Source: Dudresnaya verticillata (Eukaryota). From it: a stretch of 64,000 bases of DNA. The stretch is taken from positions 2,480,001 to 2,544,000 of the forward strand of contig OZ374565.1 in assembly GCA_977862235.1 (NCBI GenBank), written 5' to 3'. The notes below the pieces were generated by a model. The model made no database searches and was not told the origin of the DNA. It was given only the letters and a program-made list of their open reading frames with translations. The position numbers were made by a program, and so were the translations under genes. Shown one piece after another: positions 31,463 through 42,600 of the stretch (within the stretch, counting starts at the first letter, position 1; each line of letters starts with the position of its first letter).

Positions 31463-34400
31463 TTCAACTTTATAACAGGTGACCATATTCTAATATTTGT
31501 CGACGTACAATCTACTGTAGTATCACAACAAAGTTAAACCCCAACTCAAAACAACCTGCACATCTACACCTCCTGTTGGATCCCTTCCATCAGGCACTTG
31601 ACGTTGTTCTGCACCAGTCGCGCCGCGTGCCTGTGGAACAGAGCCGCTCGCGAAACACCGCGAGTTACCATGGCCCGAGAAGCCACGGTATCCGCCAACT
31701 CTTGCATATACTTGTGCGCCTCCGGGTGCCAGCCACCTAGTGTGGTCATCGGCACCGGCACAAGCCTTGCCCCCGGTCCGGCAGCCTGGATGAAGCCACG
31801 GTAAGTCCGCACCTTGTCAGCGTGGGCGTTCTTCAGCGTCCCTTGCGGGTTTGTTATGCAGCTGAGAATGCGTTGTTCTGACGACAGTGGATGACTGATT
31901 GTGACGTCCAGGTAGTCCGTTCCTCCTTCTGTTCCAAGCGCCTTGATGTCCGGCCGATCCAAGTGAGCCCCCACAGGGCGGGGCTCCACAATCGGGGTGC
32001 GTGTCGCACGTTTCAGATCCGAAGCCAGCAGACGAACCTGAGAGTCGTGGCGCCACGACCGAGGAGATCCGCTGTTCCGCATGCCGTTCGGACAAATCAG
32101 CAGATGGTCGCCGTGAACATCCATCATCTTCTTGCACCCGGCCCGAGGACACTCCGTGTCGGGTTCCAGCAGTGGAATCCGACAGTAGAATCGAAGCCAT
32201 ACGCGGTAGTCCCGATCCGCAATGTACGTCTTCATGCCTGGTGCCGGCTGGCACTTGAGCCAGTCCTTGGCGCCCGGCACGCCAAGGGAAGCTCGGAAAG
32301 CTTGCGTCCGCCTGTCCCCGAGCGGCAGCTCGGCTTGCACTTTCTTCAGTACCAACCGCGTCAAGTCCCGCTGGCGCGGGCACTCGTCGCTGTCGATCTT
32401 CTCCAGGTCCAGGGCATCCTCACTATGGCACTTGGCGCTCCAGTCTTCGTGCGCTTCTACTGCAAAAGGATCGTCAGAAAGAGCAGTGTTCACAGAAGCG
32501 GGTAAGATAGAACGCAGTAAGTTGCGGGTCAGTGAAAGGGACGCCAAAAACGCGCTCGAGTTCATGTCGCCAGCTCCCGAAATACCGATTCCGAAGCTGG
32601 GCTCTTTCGTGCGCAGGGGAAGCTGAAGTTCGCGGAAGGTGTCCCTCGGTAGGACTCCTCCCACGAGCTTGCGCATGCAAGCCTCAATCTTCTGGTCGAA
32701 GAGCTCGGCGCCCTTTGCCGTGGCGGATGATGGAACTACTCGCAGCAGGTAGTTCAGCCGGCAGACTCCGGCACAGTTGCGGAGTAGAGTGATGGCCACG
32801 TGTAGGTCTTCTAGTCCCGAAATTGCGTCCAGCAGGGGCTGGATGGACTCGACATGGCCATTCACGCTCTCCTCCATGTAGTTCTGCGTTCCAATCGGAG
32901 CCTGAAGTACTGTAGTGCCTTCTCCGTAGCTCTGCCCAAGATCCGACGGGTAGGCAGCGCAGTCTTCTGGGTCGGGTGCAGTAGGCCACCAAACAGTACA
33001 CTTGTCCATTCGCAGGTGGAAGCCATAGCCCTTAGCTTCCTCGGAGTCAAAGAAGGACAGAACCTTCCTGAGTACGGCGTGTTTCGCCACGATGACGCCG
33101 TCGTCCAGGTAGAACAGTGACAGCAGCAAGTTGTTCGCCCCCTCCGCTTGCTGATTGCGGCCCGAGCGCCGCAGGTCGGCGGTGAGTTCCTTCAACTGTT
33201 TGATCAGTGCCTGCAGCACCAAAGCAAACAGTAACGGCCCGAGCGGGTCACCTTGCTGTACACCAGTGACACTCCGCAGTAGAGTGTCACCCATCCACAG
33301 GTGCGGGCCCTCAGAGTCATAACAGTATCTGACCCACGGTAGTAGTTCAGGCATATGTCGGCGGACCTCCTTCATGAATGCTTTGCGGCTGACAAGGTTG
33401 AAGGCATTCTTCAAGTCCACTTGTAGCAACCCGTAGGACTTGTCATGGCCGTGAGACTTCTGCAGCTTCCGGACCGCGTGTACAATGGCTTCTGTGCCGC
33501 CCGAGGTTGCGACCCCGAGCTGAAGCGGTTCGAGGTATGCCTTGGCCTTGGGAGCGACTCTGGTCATGAGCATAGAGCTCACGAGTCGTCGGATTGTCTC
33601 TCCTACAGCAATGGGGCGGACACCGCCGGTGCGCTTCTTCAGAGCCGTGAGAGGAGCGCTGGCAATCCAAGGCGACAGCTCCGCAGGTCCTGCGCCGCTG
33701 GCCAGCACGTTGACCATTTTGGTGAGCCCGCCAAGCAGGCCCGTGTGCTCGTGAGTGGTCGGGACTGAGAGCAGTTCCTGCAGATGGGTCGGTGATAGTC
33801 CTGTTCCCCCCGAGGCCGAAGCCCGGGGGAACTTGGCCACTGCTTTTCGTACTTCGTCGGCTGTGAAAGGCACGAAGTCAGGCATGGTCGGCAGCGGTTC
33901 GGACTGGTCAAGCTCGTGGTCCGCGTCGGTTTGCGGTACGGACTGCGGGTGCTTGTCCTTCATGGACTGTATCACAGAGTCTGTGGCTGGGGCGATTCCA
34001 TCAGAGTCTAGAGCTGCTGCTGCCTTACTGTAGGCGCCCTCCTTTGCAAGGCGAAGGGCTCGTGAGGCATTGATACGGCGTTGCTCTTCTGCGGAAGGCG
34101 CAGTCTGCTCACGGAATGTCGAGCCCTTCAAGGCCTCCTGCCATAGGGCGTCGTAATCCTTGAGTCCCCAGCGTCGGATTCGATCGCGGAAGGTGCCGAT
34201 CGAGGACGCAGAGGTTGACGCGCTGGCCCTTGCACTCGCGGCGGGAGGATTGGACAAGACGGCTGCTGGAAAAAGCAGGAATGCAGTGAGCTCTTTGGTG
34301 GCTTCCTGAGAGTTGGTTGCGTTCGTAAAAGCCCATACCGTCTTGGACAGTGCGTCGCGCACCTCGGCGCGGACGCGAGACGGTATATGTGTGACCATAG

Positions 34401-36102
34401 GGATATGCGAGCGACAGATGTCTTCGACCGCCGGCAGAAGCTGCCCTCCTGGACCCCGCGCAACGGGTGGGGTTTGCGCAGTTGGTACCTCTCGAGTAGC
34501 AGGTACCGGTGCAGGAGGCGGCTCCTGGCTGTCCGGGATTCGTCGCGGGGCTGGCAGGATATCGTCCGCTGGCTCGCCGTCCTCGGGTTGCGTCTCCGTG
34601 ACCGCGTCCAGAGCAGGAGACTGTGATGGCGCGGCTACAGTTTCTTCACGGCTCGGTGTCGTCAATTGGTTGGACGGGACGTGGGAGAACGCCGGAGTGC
34701 GAGTAGCGGGACATGCGCTGCAATTCTTGTACCGCATACTGTACATGCCTTCACTGTTCATGCGGGAGCTACAGTGGGTGGGCATGTACTTGTTGTGAGT
34801 CACATAGTACCATACTCCATAGTCCAGGAGCTGCTGCTTGAGAGGCTCGATGTCGGTCCTCGTCGGTGGTCCTCGCCTGCCAGGAACATGCATCTTCCGC
34901 AGGTGCATGAGTAGCGCTTCTACAGTAGGCAGTGAGGACGACTGGCAGCCCAGAGGACAGCTGGTACTGTTTGTCGGGCGGTGTTTTGCCGAAGGCATAA
35001 AGCATGGAGAGAGCCATACCTTCGGCATGTCGGGGTGCTGCTGACCAATCATGGTTACAGCGCTGGGTAAGGTACCTGTAAAGGTCCTCTACAGTAGGTT
35101 CCCACGGGGCACAGGCCTCCTAACCGGGACGCAAGCCTGTCGTCCGTCGTCAGTCTGTTCGGGACACCTCCAGAGGGTGCTACAGGTGGCCTTGCTGCGA
35201 GATGAGGGCCTCTTCGCAGCGTAGGGCGCGAGATCGCGCACTTTGCGCACGAGCTCGCGCAAAAGGGCGCGCGTGTTAGCGTTCGTGCGCGCAGAGTTAT
35301 CGGACGTTCCCTTCCCTGCCGCAGCTGAGAAGACTCTCTTCACTGCGGTCCTGTAACGCGCGGTACTTCTCGTTTGCACAAGCTCTCAATGGGGTCGCAG
35401 AACCACCGTTTACCTGTGAGTGCCCACAGGATTTTTGGCCTCCCCCGAAGGTTCGCTGGCAGGACGTTCGCTCGATCTTAGAAGGGGTGGTTTCAAAACA
35501 GGATCCACCAGGCTTAAGCCACGTTACCCCAACTTCGACGTTGCTTGGCACGTTTCTGCGATGAGCTTGTGGGTCACGAGCCGCCTACCACTCAAGGTCG
35601 AGGGTCTTTGGCGATTCCCACACTTGTAGGTCTCTCGGCACTTCCCGAAGGAAGATTTTACAGGACAAGCCTGGCCTTTACCAATCTGTCAGTTGAAGGG
35701 TGTGAAACCCCTCTGTCGACAGTCCACGGCAGCCTAGACAGAGTCTAGGCTGTGCCGGGTACAAGCAAAACGCGTACAGGGCCAGGGAAAGAAAGATAAG
35801 TCAGTGGGGCCCGGGCAAATTTCAAGGTGAGGGATCACCTTAAAAGTAAGCGCAAAATAGGAAACGCGTGACCGTCGGCGACGACGGCGGCGGCGACGGC
35901 GGCGACGACGACGGCGTCGCGGCGCAGATCGGCGGCGCGGAAAGAGACAAAAGTAGACCGCGCTCGCCCGCCCGCGAAGGTGAAGGGCTGAAAAACCCCG
36001 CACCGACGCGCCGTCGCGCGCTCGAACAGGCGGCACCGCCGCCGAAAAGATCGGTGCAGAACTTGTTGAGATATCCGCGAAACAAAAATTTCGGCAGATC
36101 GC
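31463..36102 (-). mobile_element. Full-length retrotransposon, copy 7
   Basis: Tandem copy; clean 5' junction CAGATCG-CTGAGGTGAG. Confidence 0.95.
31564..35052 (-). CDS. 1162-aa RT/RLE polyprotein (C83Y variant)
   Basis: ORF track (WYYVTH instead of WYCVTH). Confidence 0.95.
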   Translation of the reverse strand: MIGQQHPDMPKVWLSPCFMPSAKHRPTNSTSCPLGCQSSSLPTVEALLMHLRKMHVPGRRGPPTRTDIEPLKQQLLDYGVWYYVTHNKYMPTHCSSRMNSEGMYSMRYKNCSACPATRTPAFSHVPSNQLTTPSREETVAAPSQSPALDAVTETQPEDGEPADDILPAPRRIPDSQEPPPAPVPATREVPTAQTPPVARGPGGQLLPAVEDICRSHIPMVTHIPSRVRAEVRDALSKTVWAFTNATNSQEATKELTAFLLFPAAVLSNPPAASARASASTSASSIGTFRDRIRRWGLKDYDALWQEALKGSTFREQTAPSAEEQRRINASRALRLAKEGAYSKAAAALDSDGIAPATDSVIQSMKDKHPQSVPQTDADHELDQSEPLPTMPDFVPFTADEVRKAVAKFPRASASGGTGLSPTHLQELLSVPTTHEHTGLLGGLTKMVNVLASGAGPAELSPWIASAPLTALKKRTGGVRPIAVGETIRRLVSSMLMTRVAPKAKAYLEPLQLGVATSGGTEAIVHAVRKLQKSHGHDKSYGLLQVDLKNAFNLVSRKAFMKEVRRHMPELLPWVRYCYDSEGPHLWMGDTLLRSVTGVQQGDPLGPLLFALVLQALIKQLKELTADLRRSGRNQQAEGANNLLLSLFYLDDGVIVAKHAVLRKVLSFFDSEEAKGYGFHLRMDKCTVWWPTAPDPEDCAAYPSDLGQSYGEGTTVLQAPIGTQNYMEESVNGHVESIQPLLDAISGLEDLHVAITLLRNCAGVCRLNYLLRVVPSSATAKGAELFDQKIEACMRKLVGGVLPRDTFRELQLPLRTKEPSFGIGISGAGDMNSSAFLASLSLTRNLLRSILPASVNTALSDDPFAVEAHEDWSAKCHSEDALDLEKIDSDECPRQRDLTRLVLKKVQAELPLGDRRTQAFRASLGVPGAKDWLKCQPAPGMKTYIADRDYRVWLRFYCRIPLLEPDTECPRAGCKKMMDVHGDHLLICPNGMRNSGSPRSWRHDSQVRLLASDLKRATRTPIVEPRPVGAHLDRPDIKALGTEGGTDYLDVTISHPLSSEQRILSCITNPQGTLKNAHADKVRTYRGFIQAAGPGARLVPVPMTTLGGWHPEAHKYMQELADTVASRAMVTRGVSRAALFHRHAARLVQNNVKCLMEGIQQEV

Positions 36103-36111
36103 TGAGGTGAG

Positions 36112-38437
36112 TTCAACTTTATAACAGGTGACCATATTCTAATATTTGTCGACGTACAATCTACTGTAGTATCACAACAAAGTTAAACCCCAACTCAAAA
36201 CAACCTGCACATCTACACCTCCTGTTGGATCCCTTCCATCAGGCACTTGACGTTGTTCTGCACCAGTCGCGCCGCGTGCCTGTGGAACAGAGCCGCTCGC
36301 GAAACACCGCGAGTTACCATGGCCCGAGAAGCCACGGTATCCGCCAACTCTTGCATATACTTGTGCGCCTCCGGGTGCCAGCCACCTAGTGTGGTCATCG
36401 GCACCGGCACAAGCCTTGCCCCCGGTCCGGCAGCCTGGATGAAGCCACGGTAAGTCCGCACCTTGTCAGCGTGGGCGTTCTTCAGCGTCCCTTGCGGGTT
36501 TGTTATGCAGCTGAGAATGCGTTGTTCTGACGACAGTGGATGACTGATTGTGACGTCCAGGTAGTCCGTTCCTCCTTCTGTTCCAAGCGCCTTGATGTCC
36601 GGCCGATCCAAGTGAGCCCCCACAGGGCGGGGCTCCACAATCGGGGTGCGTGTCGCACGTTTCAGATCCGAAGCCAGCAGACGAACCTGAGAGTCGTGGC
36701 GCCACGACCGAGGAGATCCGCTGTTCCGCATGCCGTTCGGACAAATCAGCAGATGGTCGCCGTGAACATCCATCATCTTCTTGCACCCGGCCCGAGGACA
36801 CTCCGTGTCGGGTTCCAGCAGTGGAATCCGACAGTAGAATCGAAGCCATACGCGGTAGTCCCGATCCGCAATGTACGTCTTCATGCCTGGTGCCGGCTGG
36901 CACTTGAGCCAGTCCTTGGCGCCCGGCACGCCAAGGGAAGCTCGGAAAGCTTGCGTCCGCCTGTCCCCGAGCGGCAGCTCGGCTTGCACTTTCTTCAGAA
37001 CCAACCGCGTCAAGTCCCGCTGGCGCGGGCACTCGTCGCTGTCGATCTTCTCCAGGTCCAGGGCATCCTCACTATGGCACTTGGCGCTCCAGTCTTCGTG
37101 CGCTTCTACTGCAAAAGGATCGTCAGAAAGAGCAGTGTTCACAGAAGCGGGTAAGATAGAACGCAGTAAGTTGCGGGTCAGTGAAAGGGACGCCAAAAAC
37201 GCGCTCGAGTTCATGTCGCCAGCTCCCGAAATACCGATTCCGAAGCTGGGCTCTTTCGTGCGCAGGGGAAGCTGAAGTTCGCGGAAGGTGTCCCTCGGTA
37301 GGACTCCTCCCACGAGCTTGCGCATGCAAGCCTCAATCTTCTGGTCGAAGAGCTCGGCGCCCTTTGCCGTGGCGGATGATGGAACTACTCGCAGCAGGTA
37401 GTTCAGCCGGCAGACTCCGGCACAGTTGCGGAGTAGAGTGATGGCCACGTGTAGGTCTTCTAGTCCCGAAATTGCGTCCAGCAGGGGCTGGATGGACTCG
37501 ACATGGCCATTCACGCTCTCCTCCATGTAGTTCTGCGTTCCAATCGGAGCCTGAAGTACTGTAGTGCCTTCTCCGTAGCTCTGCCCAAGATCCGACGGGT
37601 AGGCAGCGCAGTCTTCTGGGTCGGGTGCAGTAGGCCACCAAACAGTACACTTGTCCATTCGCAGGTGGAAGCCATAGCCCTTAGCTTCCTCGGAGTCAAA
37701 GAAGGACAGAACCTTCCTGAGTACGGCGTGTTTCGCCACGATGACGCCGTCGTCCAGGTAGAACAGTGACAGCAGCAAGTTGTTCGCCCCCTCCGCTTGC
37801 TGATTGCGGCCCGGGCGCCGCAGGTCGGCGGTGAGTTCCTTCAACTGTTTGATCAGTGCCTGCAGCACCAAAGCAAACAGTAACGGCCCGAGCGGGTCAC
37901 CTTGCTGTACACCAGTGACACTCCGCAGTAGAGTGTCACCCATCCACAGGTGCGGGCCCTCAGAGTCATAACAGTATCTGACCCACGGTAGTAGTTCAGG
38001 CATATGTCGGCGGACCTCCTTCATGAATGCTTTGCGGCTGACAAGGTTGAAGGCATTCTTCAAGTCCACTTGTAGCAACCCGTAGGACTTGTCATGGCCG
38101 TGAGACTTCTGCAGCTTCCGGACCGCGTGTACAATGGCTTCTGTGCCGCCCGAGGTTGCGACCCCGAGCTGAAGCGGTTCGAGGTATGCCTTGGCCTTGG
38201 GATCGACTCTGGTCATGAGCATAGAGCTCACGAGTCGTCGGATTGTCTCTCCTACAGCAATGGGGCGGACACCGCCGGTGCGCTTCTTCAGAGCCGTGAG
38301 AGGAGCGCTGGCAATCCAAGGCGACAGCTCCGCAGGTCCTGCGCCGCTGGCCAGCACGTTGACCATTTTGGTGAGCCCGCCAAGCAGGCCCGTGTGCTCG
38401 TGAGTGGTCGGGACTGAGAGCAGTTCCTGCAGATCGC
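36112..38437 (-). mobile_element. 5'-truncated retrotransposon, copy 8 (~2.3 kb)
   Basis: Element sequence stops at internal CCTGCAGAT, then CG, CTGAGGTGAG and the 5S 3' half. Confidence 0.93.
36213..38434 (-). pseudogene. N-terminally truncated polyprotein ORF (from LQELL; RT core and RLE); frame stays open into antisense 5S/spacer to 38552
   Basis: The 779-aa ORF call is a chimera of spacer/5S antisense sequence and element. Confidence 0.85.
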
Positions 38438-38446
38438 TGAGGTGAG

Positions 38447-38477
38447 GGATCACTCTGGAATCGCCAGTGCCGAATGT
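38447..38477 (+). rRNA. 5S rRNA: 5S rRNA gene, 3' fragment (+90..+120)
   Basis: Identical to 6906-6936. Confidence 0.93.
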
Positions 38478-39566
38478 TTTTATTTTTTTGCACCTCATTC
38501 CTTCCTCCCCGCCGCCCTCTGCGTACATTGCTGCCTTGCATACCTCTCCCACAGAATCCCCGACCCACTGCCTCTGTACAGCGTATTCTTTTCACTCGCA
38601 CTTTTCCCCTTTTCTTGTAAGTGGGAGGGAGTCTGAGAGTGTTTGCAGGTGTCTAGGGGTTGTTTAGGGTTAGGTCTAGGGTTAGTTTGGTTACTGTGGT
38701 ACGCGAGGGGCATGATATTGGGAGGGTAAAGGGTCTAGTGTTGGTGCATGGAATGAATCATGGTGGTGGAAGGAATGGATCAGTGTGGTGGATGAATTGG
38801 ATTTAGGGACATAGAATTGGATTAGATTTAGTACCCAGAAGATTGGATCAAGGATCACCACAATCGGATCAAGTCTGGTGGCTGGGGTGAGGGTGGCTTG
38901 GACGTTTGTGCTCATAACTTTGGAACGGCTGGGGCTAGGGAGCTGCTCAGTAGCTGAATCGAAGCGTCTCGTTGCTGCGCATTGCGTAGCGCTCTTACCC
39001 TCCTAAATCGACTTTTTGGCGCGTTTCTATGGTGCAAAACGTCCCCACGGGCCGTCGGCAGCTTTTGAGCAGATCAAATAGGGGTTTGGGGCATGTATGG
39101 TTATGGGTGGGTTTAGGGGTGTTAGGGATGTGTCATTTTAACGCGTTTAGGAGTGTAGGGAGTGGGAATGAAAGTAGTAAGGATGAGGAAATGGAAAGGG
39201 AAGGATGAGAAAGTATAGTACAATGCAGTAATACAAATCACGGAATGCATCAGGTTGGGATCCAATAAGGGTGGATGGATTGGATCAACGGAAGTCAAGG
39301 CGTTATAGGATTGGATCTAGGGGCTCTGTAAATTAGATTGGGTGCTGGTTTCATTGAACCAAGGGGTCAGAACGTCCATGAGCTGGTTGACTGTATTTAT
39401 ATTGAATCCTGCGTTTAGAGTAAATGGTATACGGTTATGGGTCATTACTTTAATGCTCCACGTGTACACTACAGTCGGATGGACATTGGACGCAGGAGTC
39501 TTTAGTCGATGACGGGGAGTGCAGTTGATGGCGCATTTAAATAGGGGTACGGCGGGAACAGCAAGC
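38478..39566 (+). repeat. 5S rDNA intergenic spacer
   Basis: Copy of 6937-8025. Confidence 0.9.
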
Positions 39567-39655
39567 ACATTCGGCCATACTACGCAGACATGCTCCGTAT
39601 CCCATCCCGAACTGCGAAGATAAGTCTCGTCAGGCTGGTTTAGTACTGAGGTGAG
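39567..39655 (+). rRNA. 5S rRNA: 5S rRNA gene, 5' fragment (+1..+89); no matching 3' fragment before the next spacer
   Basis: Identical to 8026-8114. Confidence 0.93.
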
Positions 39656-42600
39656 TTCAACTTTATAACAGGTGACCATATTCTAATATTTGTCGACGTA
39701 CAATCTACTGTAGTATCACAACAAAGTTAAACCCCAACTCAAAACAACCTGCACATCTACACCTCCTGTTGGATCCCTTCCATCAGGCACTTGACGTTGT
39801 TCTGCACCAGTCGCGCCGCGTGCCTGTGGAACAGAGCCGCTCGCGAAACACCGCGAGTTACCATGGCCCGAGAAGCCACGGTATCCGCCAACTCTTGCAT
39901 ATACTTGTGCGCCTCCGGGTGCCAGCCACCTAGTGTGGTCATCGGCACCGGCACAAGCCTTGCCCCCGGTCCGGCAGCCTGGATGAAGCCACGATAAGTC
40001 CGCACCTTGTCAGCGTGGGCGTTCTTCAGCGTCCCTTGCGGGTTTGTTATGCAGCTGAGAATGCGTTGTTCTGACGACAGTGGATGACTGATTGTGACGT
40101 CCAGGTAGTCCGTTCCTCCTTCTGTTCCAAGCGCCTTGATGTCCGGCCGATCCAAGTGAGCCCCCACCGGGCGGGGCTCCACAATCGGGGTGCGTGTCGC
40201 ACGTTTCAGATCCGAAGCCAGCAGACGAACCTGAGAGTCGTGGCGCCACGACCGAGGAGATCCGCTGTTCCGCATGCCGTTCGGACAAATCAGCAGATGG
40301 TCGCCGTGAACATCCATCATCTTCTTGCACCCGGCCCGAGGACACTCCGTGTCGGGTTCCAGCAGTGGAATCCGACAGTAGAATCGAAGCCATACGCGGT
40401 AGTCCCGATCCGCAATGTACGTCTTCATGCCTGGTGCCGGCTGGCACTTGAGCCAGTCCTTGGCGCCCGGCACGCCAAGGGAAGCTCGGAAAGCTTGCGT
40501 CCGCCTGTCCCCGAGCGGCAGCTCGGCTTGCACTTTCTTCAGAACCAACCGCGTCAAGTCCCGCTGGCGCGGGCACTCGTCGCTGTCGATCTTCTCCAGG
40601 TCCAGGGCATCCTCACTATGGCACTTGGCGCTCCAGTCTTCGTGCGCTTCTACTGCAAAAGGATCGTCAGAAAGAGCAGTGTTCACAGAAGCGGGTAAGA
40701 TAGAACGCAGTAAGTTGCGGGTCAGTGAAAGGGACGCCAAAAACGCGCTCGAGTTCATGTCGCCAGCTCCCGAAATACCGATTCCGAAGCTGGGCTCTTT
40801 CGTGCGCAGGGGAAGCTGAAGTTCGCGGAAGGTGTCCCTCGGTAGGACTCCTCCCACGAGCTTGCGCATGCAAGCCTCAATCTTCTGGTCGAAGAGCTCG
40901 GCGCCCTTCGCCGTGGCGGATGATGGAACTACTCGCAGCAGGTAGTTCAGCCGGCAGACTCCGGCACAGTTGCGGAGTAGAGTGATGGCCACGTGTAGGT
41001 CTTCTAGTCCCGAAATTGCGTCCAGCAGGGGCTGGATGGACTCGACATGGCCATTCACGCTCTCCTCCATGTAGTTCTGCGTTCCAATCGGAGCCTGAAG
41101 TGCTGTAGTGCCTTCTCCGTAGCTCTGCCCAAGATCCGACGGGTAGGCAGCGCAGTCTTCTGGGTCGGGTGCAGTAGGCCACCAAACAGTACACTTGTCC
41201 ATGCGCAGGTGGAAGCCATAGCCCTTAGCTTCCTCGGAGTCAAAGAAGGACAGAACCTTCCTGAGTACGGCGTGTTTCGCCACGATGACGCCGTCGTCCA
41301 GGTAGAACAGTGACAGCAGCAAGTTGTTCGCCCCCTCCGCTTGCTGATTGCGGCCCGAGCGCCGCAGGTCGGCGGTGAGTTCCTTCAACTGTTTGATCAG
41401 TGCCTGCAGCACCAAAGCAAACAGTAACGGCCCGAGCGGGTCACCTTGCTGTACACCAGTGACACTCCGCAGTAGAGTGTCACCCATCCACAGGTGCGGG
41501 CCCTCAGAGTCATAACAGTATCTGACCCACGGTAGTAGTTCAGGCATATGTCGGCGGACCTCCTTCATGAATGCTTTGCGGCTGACAAGGTTGAAGGCAT
41601 TCTTCAAGTCCACTTGTAGCAACCCGTAGGACTTGTCATGGCCGTGAGACTTCTGCAGCTTCCGGACCGCGTGTACAATGGCTTCTGTGCCGCCCGAGGT
41701 TGCGACCCCGAGCTGAAGCGGTTCGAGGTATGCCTTGGCCTTGGGAGCGACTCTGGTCATGAGCATAGAGCTCACGAGTCGTCGGATTGTCTCTCCTACA
41801 GCAATGGGGCGGACACCGCCGGTGCGCTTCTTCAGAGCCGTGAGAGGAGCGCTGGCAATCCAAGGCGACAGCTCCGCAGGTCCTGCGCCGCTGGCCAGCA
41901 CGTTGACCATTTTGGTGAGCCCGCCAAGCAGGCCCGTGTGCTCGTGAGTGGTCGGGACTGAGAGCAGTTCCTGCAGATGCGTCGGTGATAGTCCTGTGCC
42001 CCCCGAGGCCGAAGCCCGGGGGAACTTGGCCACTGCTTTTCGTACTTCGTCGGCTGTGAAAGGCACAAAGTCAGGCATGGTCGGCAGCGGTTCGGACTGG
42101 TCAAGCTCGTGGTCCGCGTCGGTTTGCGGTACGGACTGTGGGTGCTTGTCCTTCATGGACTGTATCACAGAGTCTGTGGCTGGCGCGATTCCATCAGAGT
42201 CTAGAGCTGCTGCTGCCTTACTGTAGGCGCCCTCCTTTGCGAGGCGAAGGGCTCGTGAGGCGTTGATACGGCGTTGCTCTTCTGCGGAAGGCGCAGTCTG
42301 CTCACGGAATGTCGAGCCCTTCAAGGCCTCCTGCCATAGGGCGTCGTAATCCTTGAGTCCCCAGCGGCGGATTCGATCGCGGAAGGTGCCGATCGAGGAC
42401 GCAGAGGTTGACGCGCCGGCCCTTGCACTCGCCGCGGGAGGATTGGACAAGACGGCTGCTGGAAAAAGCAGGAATGCAGTGAGCTCTTTGGTGGCTTCCT
42501 GAGAGTTGTTTGCGTTCGTAAAAGCCCATACCGTCTTGGACAGTGCGTCGCGCACCTCTGCGCGCACGCGAGACGGTATATGTGTGACCATAGGGATATG

